64,000 nucleotides of DNA, taken from positions 1-64,000 of the IMG/VR virus record IMGVR_UViG_3300023109_003296; one strand, written 5' to 3'. This document shows, piece by piece, positions 1 through 9,743 of the stretch; the stretch's first letter is position 1, and every line of letters begins with the position of its first letter. Both the position numbers and the translations under genes were made by a program. The notes below the pieces were generated by a model. That model saw only the letters and a list, made by a program, of their open reading frames with translations. It was not told where the DNA came from and searched no databases. This DNA is from a virus.

Positions 1-448
1 TGTCCTCGTATCTTACTTTTAGATGTCTTTTGAGCCAATTTCTATAGTTGGCTTTTTTAAAAACCCTCTCTATATCTCCGTATATTTCATTTACACCAAA
101 ATAATCAAAGGCTTCAAGCATTTGTTTATAAAAACAGAGACCTACATACAAAGGACCGAGCCTTCTTGTCGACTGATTAGGAAAAGCATAGCTAAGATTT
201 ATGCCGTCTTTTTCTTTTTTGAAGAAAGTAAAAAACATATAGTCATCTTTATCAGTGACGCATATACTTAAGTCACTCTCTCTTAAGTCATTCAATAGAG
301 ATTCCGAACCTTTAATCCTAGAACATATTGTTTTCATAAAAGCTGCATCCCCATATGGGAATGAATTTAAATAATAAAAAGAGAAAAGTCTTTGAAATTC
401 CTTGTCGTCAAAATCTATATTTTTTAGAATTAAATCTATATGGTTCAT
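1..448 (-). CDS. Hypothetical protein, paralog of 449..1000 (runs off the left edge)
   Basis: Hand translation from ATG at 448 (MNHIDLILKNIDFDDKEFQRLFSFYYLNSFPY...INLSYAFPN...EIYGDIER) is open to position 1. It abuts the stop of 449..1000 and is missing from the ORF track. Confidence 0.75.
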   Translation of the reverse strand, partial: MNHIDLILKNIDFDDKEFQRLFSFYYLNSFPYGDAAFMKTICSRIKGSESLLNDLRESDLSICVTDKDDYMFFTFFKKEKDGINLSYAFPNQSTRRLGPLYVGLCFYKQMLEAFDYFGVNEIYGDIERVFKKANYRNWLKRHLKVRYED

Positions 449-1000
449 TTATAGTTTGTTTTTATAAATTTTAATTAATTTACTATAGGCTTTTAATAAA
501 CTTTCTTTAGTCCCAGTAACACTTTTGAACATGTCTCCATCAATAAGTTCTATATCAAACATATTACGACCAAACCTATTTAAAGCTCTTTCATATTCGT
601 TCTCCCTGTTTTTTCTTTGTATCGTACCATGTATTTTTTCAAAACCAGACTGTTTAAGTTGATCAAGCAACAAATGACAGAAACAAAACGGCCATCTACT
701 CAAGAAAACATTACCTTTAATCAGGTTGGTGTTAGGGAAAGCAAAAACAATATCTAAACTTTTTTTGTCTTCATCTTTCTTGCAAAAAAGATAATACAGG
801 TTTTCTCCCTCACTAGAAATAAAACAAGAAGAGTAATCGCATTCAAGTAAATCCTCTTTAATGAAAGTTTTTACAGTTTTTTTTAGAAACGGCTCCGACA
901 TTTGATCACTAAAACCAGAATAAGGTCGTGATTCTACAAGGTATTTCTTTAAAGATTTTAAGAAATGTTTATCTTCAAAGTTTACTTTTCCTATTTTCAT
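449..1000 (-). CDS. Hypothetical protein (possibly GNAT-like fold)
   Basis: 183-aa ORF overlapping its upstream neighbour (ATGA); shares motifs with 1..448. Confidence 0.7.
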   Translation of the reverse strand: MKIGKVNFEDKHFLKSLKKYLVESRPYSGFSDQMSEPFLKKTVKTFIKEDLLECDYSSCFISSEGENLYYLFCKKDEDKKSLDIVFAFPNTNLIKGNVFLSRWPFCFCHLLLDQLKQSGFEKIHGTIQRKNRENEYERALNRFGRNMFDIELIDGDMFKSVTGTKESLLKAYSKLIKIYKNKL

Positions 1001-1191
1001 TTTTTTGTCCTAGGATAGACTTTTTCAGAAGACTCAGTAAGCCCAAATTCATTAACTGTATCTTTATGCACTGTACCTTTTGTCAGTTCTGCACAAGAAA
1101 TAGCCCAAGAGTAAGCTCCTTTAAGGTTTTCTGAATAACTTTGTTGATACTTACCTTTTTTATCTTTAACTCTATAAATGATTTTTTTCAT
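997..1191 (-). CDS. Small hypothetical protein
   Basis: 64-aa ORF with ATGA overlap onto the next gene; AT-rich divergent intergenic region upstream. Confidence 0.65.
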   Translation of the reverse strand: MKKIIYRVKDKKGKYQQSYSENLKGAYSWAISCAELTKGTVHKDTVNEFGLTESSEKVYPRTKK

Positions 1192-1301
1192 GTTATTTGT
1201 TTCTTTGAAATATAGTAAAGAAATAAAGCAATAAGTCTATTATTTTTTTTAAAAATACCTTTTAAACTGTAGTATATAAAAAATAGTGTAAGGTATATAG
1301 T

Positions 1302-3695
1302 ATGGGATTAGAAAGGTCTAGGGATAAAATAAGTAAAGCTGTGTTCGATATGGAACCAACAGCTATTATAGAGTTGTATAGAATATATCCAAATACAGTT
1401 TCAAAACCAACAGCTTATATAAACATACATAATGGTTCTGTTTTTGGAGGAGGTATATATTGGCAAGGGGAGTTGTATTCCCCAATACCAATGGAGACAG
1501 AGGGCTTCTCTGTAAGCTCCAACACCAAACCTAATAGACCTATAATGAGGGTTTCTAATAAAGATTATCTAATTACAAACCTATTAAGTAATAACGAAGA
1601 TTTTAGGAACGCTAAGATTGAGAGAAGAAGGACGTTTTTAAAATACTTGGATGATGAAAATTTTGACGGTGGTAACCCATGGGGAGAACCAGACCCAAAC
1701 GCTGAGATAACAGTAGATTTTTACCTAGTATCACAAAAAAGACAAGAAAATAAAGTTTATGTAGAACTAGAAGTAACATCTCCATTAGACATAGAGGCGA
1801 GAGACTTAACTAATAGAAAAGTATTAGCTAAATACTGCCCATGGGGTTATAGAGGTGCTGGCTGCGAATATAAAGGAACTGTTATAGAAAGAGAAGATGG
1901 TAAGCCATTCACTTCAAATTCAAGTGGCGCACAAAACGTGCTTAAAAGTACAGGGTATACTGCGAGAAATGAAGCCATTGCAGACGGAAGAAGTTTTCTA
2001 AACATGGAAAATTTCGGTTATGTTTTCGCTTACCAAAACCCAAAAGACCTTTATAATCCAGATAAATTTTATCGACCTGGGCACATAGTATATACAATTA
2101 ATGATAGGGTAAGAATACAAGACAACGAGGATGCTAGTATATTCAGACCACTTTTAACTTATTACGTAGCAAGAGATTTTGCCAAAAGAGGGCAAAACCC
2201 AAGAGAATTTCCTGACTTATGGGACAAAGACGGTTGTGGTAAGAAAGTTCACCAATGCAAGTCTAGATTTGCAAAATATGATAAATATAAAAAATATTTA
2301 GAAAATGACTCTTACAGCCAGCAGTTGTGGGATTTAGAATCTTACCGACCAGGAGAACATCAATCCTATATAAAGCCAACATCTAATAATAATGATGTTA
2401 TCAACAAAGTTAAAAATTTATTTAAATATAGCCTAAATAGATGGGGTTACACTCACCGAGCAAATCAGTATTTGAATTATAATCAAGAGAGTCTCTACGA
2501 AAACGCCTTTCCTTTTTCAGCGACAGAAAGAGATAACTGTAGCGCTCTTAGTGCTCCATTTACTACCATAAGCGAGACAGATTTAAATAAAGAATTTACT
2601 ATACTACTTGATATACCATATTTAGGACCTCCTCAAAGATATCCATATTTTCTACAGGGAGAAGAAGATAATGACGATGAAATATATGAAGATGTAGACC
2701 AGATAATTTTAAAAACAGGAAGATCGACTGTTGGTTATAATAAAAACCATAGACAATTTGTTCTGGGTCTTCAAAAATATCCATATGTTGAATTTCCTAC
2801 ATATGCACCATACAAGAACAACAACAGTTGCTCAGTTAGAGTGCACAGAGTTCCTTTGGTTGGAGACAGAGGACCAGGAGATTTTTTTAGAGCGAAAGAT
2901 GAATTTGGGAACAGGATAGTACCAGAGAGTGGCTTTGATGTTAAAAACAGTAAGAATTTTGTTTTTTCATTAAGAAAAGATGTTTACGCTGGTAAGCCTA
3001 GATTCAGAGCTAACTGGTCTTGTTTAACTTACCCAGCAAACGAAGAAAAAACTACTGTATTTGTAGAATGTCAAACAACATTTTTTGTTAAGAATATGCA
3101 CACTACAGATGTAGATAGGCTTGTTTTATTTGGTGGGAATACATCAATGCCAGTATTTAACTTTATAAATAATCCAGATATTGACGCTGCAACAACTGAA
3201 GCAGACCAATACATAGACAAGTGGTCCACTCAAGACATGAAAGTTGCGGCTCTTGCTATTTGGGATAAGTCTCTTTCCAATGGGGATTTGAATGCGTGTA
3301 AAACCTTAGAAACCGTAGAGCTATCTAATAAAGCATGGGATGTAGAAATGGTTAAGAAATATAGTGCTATAAGAAATGTAGATAAGGATAGGGATCCTGG
3401 TACAGAACGCTTGCTTAATAATTTGGTGTTTTGGCAAAAGCCATACAAAAGCGATGGCTTTTGGTATGTAACGGACCACAAGAATGGAAAAAGATTAGTT
3501 TACTCAGGAAGTAATTATTCTTATGCAGGAGGTGGATCTGGGGCTTTTACAAGAAGCGGTTATGATTTTCTTAATGTAGATGCCTCATTACTGAGGGCGC
3601 CCGTAGTTGGAAGGCCAGTAACTGTAGAAGGTTTTTTCGGAACGCTTCACTTCGGAGGGTTCCCTGGTACAGATGGATATCCTTTTAGAACATAA
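1302..3695 (+). CDS. Lambda gpL-like minor tail-tip protein with a large internal insertion
   Basis: IYWQGELYSPIP, RRTFLKYLD, four-Cys motif CPWGYRG.GC...DGCGK...CKSRF, terminal FGGFPG; first gene of an L-K-I-J order. Confidence 0.88.
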   Translation: MGLERSRDKISKAVFDMEPTAIIELYRIYPNTVSKPTAYINIHNGSVFGGGIYWQGELYSPIPMETEGFSVSSNTKPNRPIMRVSNKDYLITNLLSNNEDFRNAKIERRRTFLKYLDDENFDGGNPWGEPDPNAEITVDFYLVSQKRQENKVYVELEVTSPLDIEARDLTNRKVLAKYCPWGYRGAGCEYKGTVIEREDGKPFTSNSSGAQNVLKSTGYTARNEAIADGRSFLNMENFGYVFAYQNPKDLYNPDKFYRPGHIVYTINDRVRIQDNEDASIFRPLLTYYVARDFAKRGQNPREFPDLWDKDGCGKKVHQCKSRFAKYDKYKKYLENDSYSQQLWDLESYRPGEHQSYIKPTSNNNDVINKVKNLFKYSLNRWGYTHRANQYLNYNQESLYENAFPFSATERDNCSALSAPFTTISETDLNKEFTILLDIPYLGPPQRYPYFLQGEEDNDDEIYEDVDQIILKTGRSTVGYNKNHRQFVLGLQKYPYVEFPTYAPYKNNNSCSVRVHRVPLVGDRGPGDFFRAKDEFGNRIVPESGFDVKNSKNFVFSLRKDVYAGKPRFRANWSCLTYPANEEKTTVFVECQTTFFVKNMHTTDVDRLVLFGGNTSMPVFNFINNPDIDAATTEADQYIDKWSTQDMKVAALAIWDKSLSNGDLNACKTLETVELSNKAWDVEMVKKYSAIRNVDKDRDPGTERLLNNLVFWQKPYKSDGFWYVTDHKNGKRLVYSGSNYSYAGGGSGAFTRSGYDFLNVDASLLRAPVVGRPVTVEGFFGTLHFGGFPGTDGYPFRT

Positions 3696-3696
3696 A

Positions 3697-4122
3697 ATGA
3701 AAAATAAAAAATTAAAAAGCATACAAGAAACACTGCAAGAAGTCGCAACTTTTTGCGAGGGTTATCTTTCTAATGAAGTCTGTGGCTTAATTGGCTACGA
3801 TGGGGAAGATTATGTGTTTGAAGAGGGGAAAAATATTGCACCTGATACTAGAAGTAATTTTGTTCTAGATCCACTACAATATTTAATGTTTAAAAATAAA
3901 TATCAAACTATATCTATTTTCCATAGTCATGTGATAGGCAACGAAGAACCTTCTGAATTTGATATATTGATGTCAGAAAATAGTTGCGTTCCTTTTTCCA
4001 TTTACGCACTTAATACAAAAAAATATTACGTGCATAAACCAAGAGAAATAGAGAACGATTCAAATCTGGTAGACAAACTTGAGCAAGAAATAAACGAGTA
4101 CAATAAAAAAACAGATGACTGA
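3697..4122 (+). CDS. gpK-like JAB/MPN metalloprotease (no NlpC/P60 domain)
   Basis: EVCGLI...FHSH...PSEFD JAMM motif; lies between gpL and gpI; likely start is ATG 3697, just after the gpL stop. Confidence 0.85.
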   Translation: MKNKKLKSIQETLQEVATFCEGYLSNEVCGLIGYDGEDYVFEEGKNIAPDTRSNFVLDPLQYLMFKNKYQTISIFHSHVIGNEEPSEFDILMSENSCVPFSIYALNTKKYYVHKPREIENDSNLVDKLEQEINEYNKKTDD

Positions 4123-4762
4123 AATAAAATTACATGGTATTTTAGCTAAAGAATTTGACCCGACTATGATGGTTAGTTTTGATGGTCTAATAACTTTGAT
4201 TGACGCTATAGATGCTAATAGACCTGGTTTTTTGGCAAAGTTAAACAATCTTGCTGAAATTGGCTTAGATTATTGTATTGTAGTAGATGGTGAGATTTTA
4301 AAAGAAAAACATCAAATAGACAGTAGTCAGCCAAAGACAATAGATTTTGTGCCTATTGTTTGTGGTCATGGTGTTGCTCTTGCTATTGCTGGGGTTGGAT
4401 TGATGGTAGCTGGTTCAACTGCCTTCCTTGGAATAACTGCGTTAAGTATTATAGGTGGCGTCTTGTTATCGACTGGTCTTTCTATGTTGCTGGCGCCAAA
4501 ACAACAATTCCCAGATGCGGTAGCTGCAGAAAGCAGCGTCACAGGCTTGGAAAAGTCTTTTGCTTTTGCAAACAGGGCTAATATTGCCGCTCAGGGTGTC
4601 TCTGTACCTATAGGATATGGAAGAATGAGAACAGGCACTAAAGTTATACAAGCCACAGTTAAAACTTACCCACAAAACACTACGCCAACAGACGCTATGC
4701 TTGCAAATCCATTTGCATTAGATAGAACTATATCAGAATCAGAAAGTGAAATTGATAATTAA
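4115..4762 (+). CDS. gpI-like tail assembly protein
   Basis: IKLHGILAKEF ubiquitin-like N-terminus, hydrophobic Gly/Ala stretch, QGVSVPIGYGR motif. Confidence 0.87.
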   Translation: MTEIKLHGILAKEFDPTMMVSFDGLITLIDAIDANRPGFLAKLNNLAEIGLDYCIVVDGEILKEKHQIDSSQPKTIDFVPIVCGHGVALAIAGVGLMVAGSTAFLGITALSIIGGVLLSTGLSMLLAPKQQFPDAVAAESSVTGLEKSFAFANRANIAAQGVSVPIGYGRMRTGTKVIQATVKTYPQNTTPTDAMLANPFALDRTISESESEIDN

Positions 4763-4765
4763 AAA

Positions 4766-7700
4766 ATGAAACACTTAATAAAAAAATTCACATACGCTGG
4801 AGCAAAAAAAGGCGGTAGCAAACCACCTCCTCCAAAACCACCAGTATTAAAACCACCTAGAGTTGGTTCTTACAAGATCGGGGCTTCTTATCAGTTTTCC
4901 GAAGCTGTGGATTTAATATGTCATGGCCCTATAGATGGTTTATGTAATAAATTTGGTTCAAGACTTGACAATAGCCAATTACTACAAGGCGTTTATTTAA
5001 ATGATGTCCCAGTAGAACAATCTCTTTCATCAGAAAAAATAAGAGTTGGCAGCAGGTCTTTTGAAGGTACTGGTGGTGAGTCAGATATCATAGAAAAGTT
5101 CAAGTATATAGGAGTGGTAATTTCAGATAACAATAGAAATATAAGACTACAACCAGCATATAGAACTTCTTTATCGGTAGTTGTAAGTATTTCAACTGGA
5201 AAATATAAAACAAAAACATACGCACCTTTTACATGGAAAGAAAATATTTTAAACAAATCAGGTTTTTCTTGGAGCACTTCTAAACCTATATCTTATTGGT
5301 TTGCAGGTACGTTGGTCAATAGATATAAAGGTGGAACACAATCAAAGAAAGCTTTTCCTGCTCAACACTACGGAGATCAAAGATTTACAGCTCCAACCAA
5401 CGGATCTTTTAAAGGGTTGGGTTGGCCAAAAATGTCTAACTCAAAATTCTTCCAATCTAGCTCGCCTTATAAAGCGATAAACGCAGGAACAATAACTGCG
5501 TCGTTAAGACACGAATTTTGTCCAACCTGGGCTCTTATAGATCAAGAGATTTTTAGGGGCTACAATTATCTATACAAGGAGGGAACCTGTTCCCCTGAAG
5601 CCTACGATGATTCAACATGCTCAGTAGGATATCAAGAAGGCGGTTCCTATAAAAGAGATGTTTCTATTGCTAGACACGGAATCAACCAACTTTCTAATAT
5701 TTATTCGAACAGGAATCAAAACCCATACGAATGGGAATACTTAAGGGCAAAGTTAAAAGCCTATGGTTTTGGAAATACGCAATTTATTCAAGACACATTT
5801 ATATCAGAGTTTAAACAAAGGTTTGGAGGAAGAGCTAGTAATGATGAGGTTTCATTCAAAAATGCTGGATCGGTTGATAATTTAGCTAAACCATACATGG
5901 CTTTTCAATATCAATCCACTTATGTATTGGAAGGTTTTAATCAAGGGGATGATCAATGGACTTTTATAAACGAAGTACCTGCACTAACTATTGAAGAGCG
6001 TGTTAGAAAAAGAGATATTGATTTTGTTTTAAAAGATTACCCTGGCTCCTTCCCTTGGTACCTAAGAGATATAAATACTGTTAATATGTTGATTCCAGTT
6101 TTAGATGAAGACACTGGGACATGGAATGGAAAAACCAAGGGTTTTTATTTAACGTTTATAAATGCAGAGTCGAAACAAAGAAAAGGAGTTGCTTATGCCC
6201 AACCTATAAACGGCAATACTACCTGCGGACCAGAAGGTACGTTAAAAGCATTTGGTATGGCTAATTCAGATGTCAATTTTTATAGGAACATAGAAAGCTT
6301 AGGGATTTTTAAAATGCCTAGAACTACAGAAGGTTTAGCAGGTAAATATAACTATACAAATATTTTAGCTGAGTATAGAGCTGGCGACTCAGCAGAGAAA
6401 CAACAACCTTTAAGTTATTTTAAAGATGTACATTTAGATAGAGATATATCAAAGAGACTCTTAGGTCCATTTAATACTGACCCATCAAGAAGAATGCAAT
6501 CTCTTCAGAATTTCCGTTCTGATGGTATATATTTAACTAGTAATGGAAACCCTAGACAGAGATCGTTAATTGTGTCCGAAAAAAACGCAACTAGCAATGG
6601 TAATGGCGTAAATGTTGGATACAGTGATACACGAGATAATGTTGTTGGAGTACCCGCTAAGGACACCATACCTGCAATGCGAGTCAATGTAGATTCTGGG
6701 GAACAGGATTGGTTGCTTGCGCTTGATGAAGGTAGTAGTGATGCCAGACCATCAGTTGTCAAAGAGCTTGGATACAAAACTTTTGAGTTCTCATCATGGA
6801 ATAACTTCAAACAAGATTATAACGAAAAAGCACAACCCATAACACACGTTATATATAACCCAGATGCTGAATCATGCTACATCACTCTTACTATAGAGGG
6901 TTTGTGGGACACTCTTCATGTTGATCAAGTAAGTTGGGCCAATAGTAAAGAGGTGGGCACAAAAATGCCAGGAATAGTAAACTTTAGAGTAGAGGTCGGT
7001 TATATATCTCCTCAAAGTAATTCAGACAAAGGACGTTTCGTGAAAAGTTATGATCGTTTTTTTAGAGTAATATCTTTAATAGAAGGTGGCGCTGGAGTAG
7101 ACATAGGAAATCCAGATAATGCTGGAGAATCTGATAAGATAAATTATGTAAAAGAGCTTTATAAAGATTCGAGCTCCAGTAGTGAATCTGAATACACTGG
7201 GTCTCTTGTGGAACCTTTTGAACTGCCTACTGCAAGATTTGACAATAGTTATGGATATGAGGAAATTTATCGAGAAAGATACATAAGGGTTACTAAATTA
7301 TCTACAGAGGGAAACTCTACTTTAATACAAAAGGTAGCAAACCTTGCTAAAGTAACAGAAATTGTTCCGAGAACTTTAAATTATCCACTATCAGCATTAG
7401 TGGGAACAAAAGTAGATGCTAGAACTTTCGGTGAAATACCCAAAAGGTCATATGATTGTAGGTTGAAAAAAGTAAAAATTCCAACAAATTATTTTCCTTT
7501 GAATCCTGGAGGAACAGATAAAAGATTTTGGGAAAGCGCCGAGGATCTTGAGGAAGCTGGAAAAACAGACGAAACAAAAGTTTACGATGGAGATTGGGAT
7601 GGTACATTCAGATATGGATGGACAGACAATCCAGTTTGGATATTATATGATATGCTTACAGACCCAGTGATTGGTCTTGGAGATGTTTTAGAAGAATCAA

Positions 7701-9739
7701 ACATAAATAAATGGCAACTATATAAAATAGGAAGATGGTGTGATGCTGTTGATGCTAACGGTTATTTTGTGGGGGTAACAGATAATATTTTACAAGGGTC
7801 AAATTATTCAAATGGTCTGTTTCGAACTATTAAACAAGCAGGAGGTAGACAACCAAGGTATTCTTGCAACACCATATTCGACAGAAGCATAAAAATATAT
7901 GACGCTTTAAGCCTTGTTTCGAGTAACTTTAGAGGCCTTATGTATTTTACTGATTCAGTCGTATCGTTTTCTGACGATAGAATTAAAGAGCCCGTAATGA
8001 CTTTTACTAACGCTAATGTTGTCGAAGGTATTTTTAACTATCAATCTTTCCTGAAAGACGAACAATATAATGCTATAGAAGTAGCATATAACGATAAGGA
8101 TGATAACTATGAAGCTAAAATAGAATACATAGAAAACGAAAACGATATAAGAGAAAGAGGTATAGTAAAAACTAGACAAGACGCCTTTGGCGTAACATCA
8201 AGAGCTCAAGCTAGAAGATTCGGGGAACATGCTTTGTATCAAGCAACAGAAGAAAATGAATCAGTTTCATTCTCCACTGGACTAGAGGGAATACTTGTAA
8301 GACCTGGAGATTTAATTATTATTGAAGACGAGCTTAAAACTTTAACGAGCAATTTTGGCAGAGTATTAAATGTAGATACGAATGAAAATACAATAAGAAT
8401 TACTGATATTTATGATAAGAGTAATTTTGAGGGATATTTAACTGTTTATATACCAACTGGAAGTCAACAAGTAAGGGATATAGAAGATGTATTGTTGTTA
8501 GATAGAAACAGATATGATTCTTTTGAATTGTTTGATAAAAATGGATCTGCTTTAGGCAATTTAAATTTAACTGGAGAGTTCTCTTTCGATAGTTACCAAT
8601 CAGGATTCAGGGATAAAATTCAAAATGGAGAAGATATACCAGGAGGAAGAGATCAATACCCTTATTACACTGGAGAAGGAAGGTATATGTGGTATTCAAT
8701 AGAGTTTACTGGATGGGTTCTTTCAACTGGAAATGAATCTGTTTCTCCAATGAACAGAAAATGGGTGCATAATAACACATACGACAAAATCATAACGCCT
8801 ACTTCTGCAGATATGCTAGACGAAGAAGGTAATGGGTATTGGCATGATGATATTGAGATATATGATAGCGCAGAATTAGATATCAAATGGAAAGTTTTTA
8901 ATGTTAACCAACCAGAAGGTAGAAATTCTACCAATTTCACAATGGCAGAGAATTTTGTTAACCTTTCAAACAATTACAATGGAGCTGTGGTTGATGCTGA
9001 TGTAAGAATAAACGAAACAAAACAAATACAAAATATAAAAATATTATCTGGACAAAATCTAGATGAGAATAGTATAGGAGCAAAGCTCTTCGTCGACATG
9101 AATGATGATAACTCTATATATCTACCTTTAATACCTCAAGGTTCTGTATATAGATTTAAAAATAAAAACACAACAGATAGAGTTTATAAAGTATCCACAA
9201 TAAATGAAGACGACACTCATTCATATGAGGTTATTGCCTCTCTCTATAAGAGTGGAAAATTCAGGACAATAGAAGAAACAAACTTCAGAGATGTAGACAC
9301 TTATATAGAACCATATGAAAGTCTATACTCTATTGATGAAGGTTCTCAAGAAAGCAAATATTTCCCTTTGCCTTCTCCAGGTAATGTTAGTTGGGTAGCA
9401 AGAAATATTCAACAACTTGGAGGAACATTAACAGTAACATTGCAAGGAAGGTGGAATAGGGTTAAAGGAGCAACTGGTTACAGGGTCGGCATAAGATCCT
9501 CTTTTGATACTTCTTTTGATTTCTATGACACAGTAGAAACATTTTACGATATAGAGAATGTTAATATAAATGGTCAATACAGAATGTCTGTACAGGCATT
9601 AGGTGCTGTCTGGGATAACGAGAATTTTTATACACACTATCTTGATTCCCCATTAGTATATAAAACAGTAGATATAGACCAATTTGAAGAGGCTGTATTA
9701 ACAGATGGAGCTGCAATAGACTTTGTAATAATAAATTAA
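4766..9739 (+). CDS. gpJ-like tail tip / host specificity protein
   Basis: DLICHGPIDGL, VYLNDVP, YDGDWDGTF..GWTDNPVWILYD, FTNANVVEGIFNY, FGVTSRAQARR, VRPGDLIII, FN3-like C-terminal region. Confidence 0.92.
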   Translation: MKHLIKKFTYAGAKKGGSKPPPPKPPVLKPPRVGSYKIGASYQFSEAVDLICHGPIDGLCNKFGSRLDNSQLLQGVYLNDVPVEQSLSSEKIRVGSRSFEGTGGESDIIEKFKYIGVVISDNNRNIRLQPAYRTSLSVVVSISTGKYKTKTYAPFTWKENILNKSGFSWSTSKPISYWFAGTLVNRYKGGTQSKKAFPAQHYGDQRFTAPTNGSFKGLGWPKMSNSKFFQSSSPYKAINAGTITASLRHEFCPTWALIDQEIFRGYNYLYKEGTCSPEAYDDSTCSVGYQEGGSYKRDVSIARHGINQLSNIYSNRNQNPYEWEYLRAKLKAYGFGNTQFIQDTFISEFKQRFGGRASNDEVSFKNAGSVDNLAKPYMAFQYQSTYVLEGFNQGDDQWTFINEVPALTIEERVRKRDIDFVLKDYPGSFPWYLRDINTVNMLIPVLDEDTGTWNGKTKGFYLTFINAESKQRKGVAYAQPINGNTTCGPEGTLKAFGMANSDVNFYRNIESLGIFKMPRTTEGLAGKYNYTNILAEYRAGDSAEKQQPLSYFKDVHLDRDISKRLLGPFNTDPSRRMQSLQNFRSDGIYLTSNGNPRQRSLIVSEKNATSNGNGVNVGYSDTRDNVVGVPAKDTIPAMRVNVDSGEQDWLLALDEGSSDARPSVVKELGYKTFEFSSWNNFKQDYNEKAQPITHVIYNPDAESCYITLTIEGLWDTLHVDQVSWANSKEVGTKMPGIVNFRVEVGYISPQSNSDKGRFVKSYDRFFRVISLIEGGAGVDIGNPDNAGESDKINYVKELYKDSSSSSESEYTGSLVEPFELPTARFDNSYGYEEIYRERYIRVTKLSTEGNSTLIQKVANLAKVTEIVPRTLNYPLSALVGTKVDARTFGEIPKRSYDCRLKKVKIPTNYFPLNPGGTDKRFWESAEDLEEAGKTDETKVYDGDWDGTFRYGWTDNPVWILYDMLTDPVIGLGDVLEESNINKWQLYKIGRWCDAVDANGYFVGVTDNILQGSNYSNGLFRTIKQAGGRQPRYSCNTIFDRSIKIYDALSLVSSNFRGLMYFTDSVVSFSDDRIKEPVMTFTNANVVEGIFNYQSFLKDEQYNAIEVAYNDKDDNYEAKIEYIENENDIRERGIVKTRQDAFGVTSRAQARRFGEHALYQATEENESVSFSTGLEGILVRPGDLIIIEDELKTLTSNFGRVLNVDTNENTIRITDIYDKSNFEGYLTVYIPTGSQQVRDIEDVLLLDRNRYDSFELFDKNGSALGNLNLTGEFSFDSYQSGFRDKIQNGEDIPGGRDQYPYYTGEGRYMWYSIEFTGWVLSTGNESVSPMNRKWVHNNTYDKIITPTSADMLDEEGNGYWHDDIEIYDSAELDIKWKVFNVNQPEGRNSTNFTMAENFVNLSNNYNGAVVDADVRINETKQIQNIKILSGQNLDENSIGAKLFVDMNDDNSIYLPLIPQGSVYRFKNKNTTDRVYKVSTINEDDTHSYEVIASLYKSGKFRTIEETNFRDVDTYIEPYESLYSIDEGSQESKYFPLPSPGNVSWVARNIQQLGGTLTVTLQGRWNRVKGATGYRVGIRSSFDTSFDFYDTVETFYDIENVNINGQYRMSVQALGAVWDNENFYTHYLDSPLVYKTVDIDQFEEAVLTDGAAIDFVIIN

Positions 9740-9743
9740 TTAT

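Noticed and set aside
23-271. Plus-strand 82-aa ORF, and the other short antisense ORFs in the track (e.g. 40055..40501, 38659..39078, 43458..43661)
   Set aside because: They are shadows of better-supported genes on the opposite strand.
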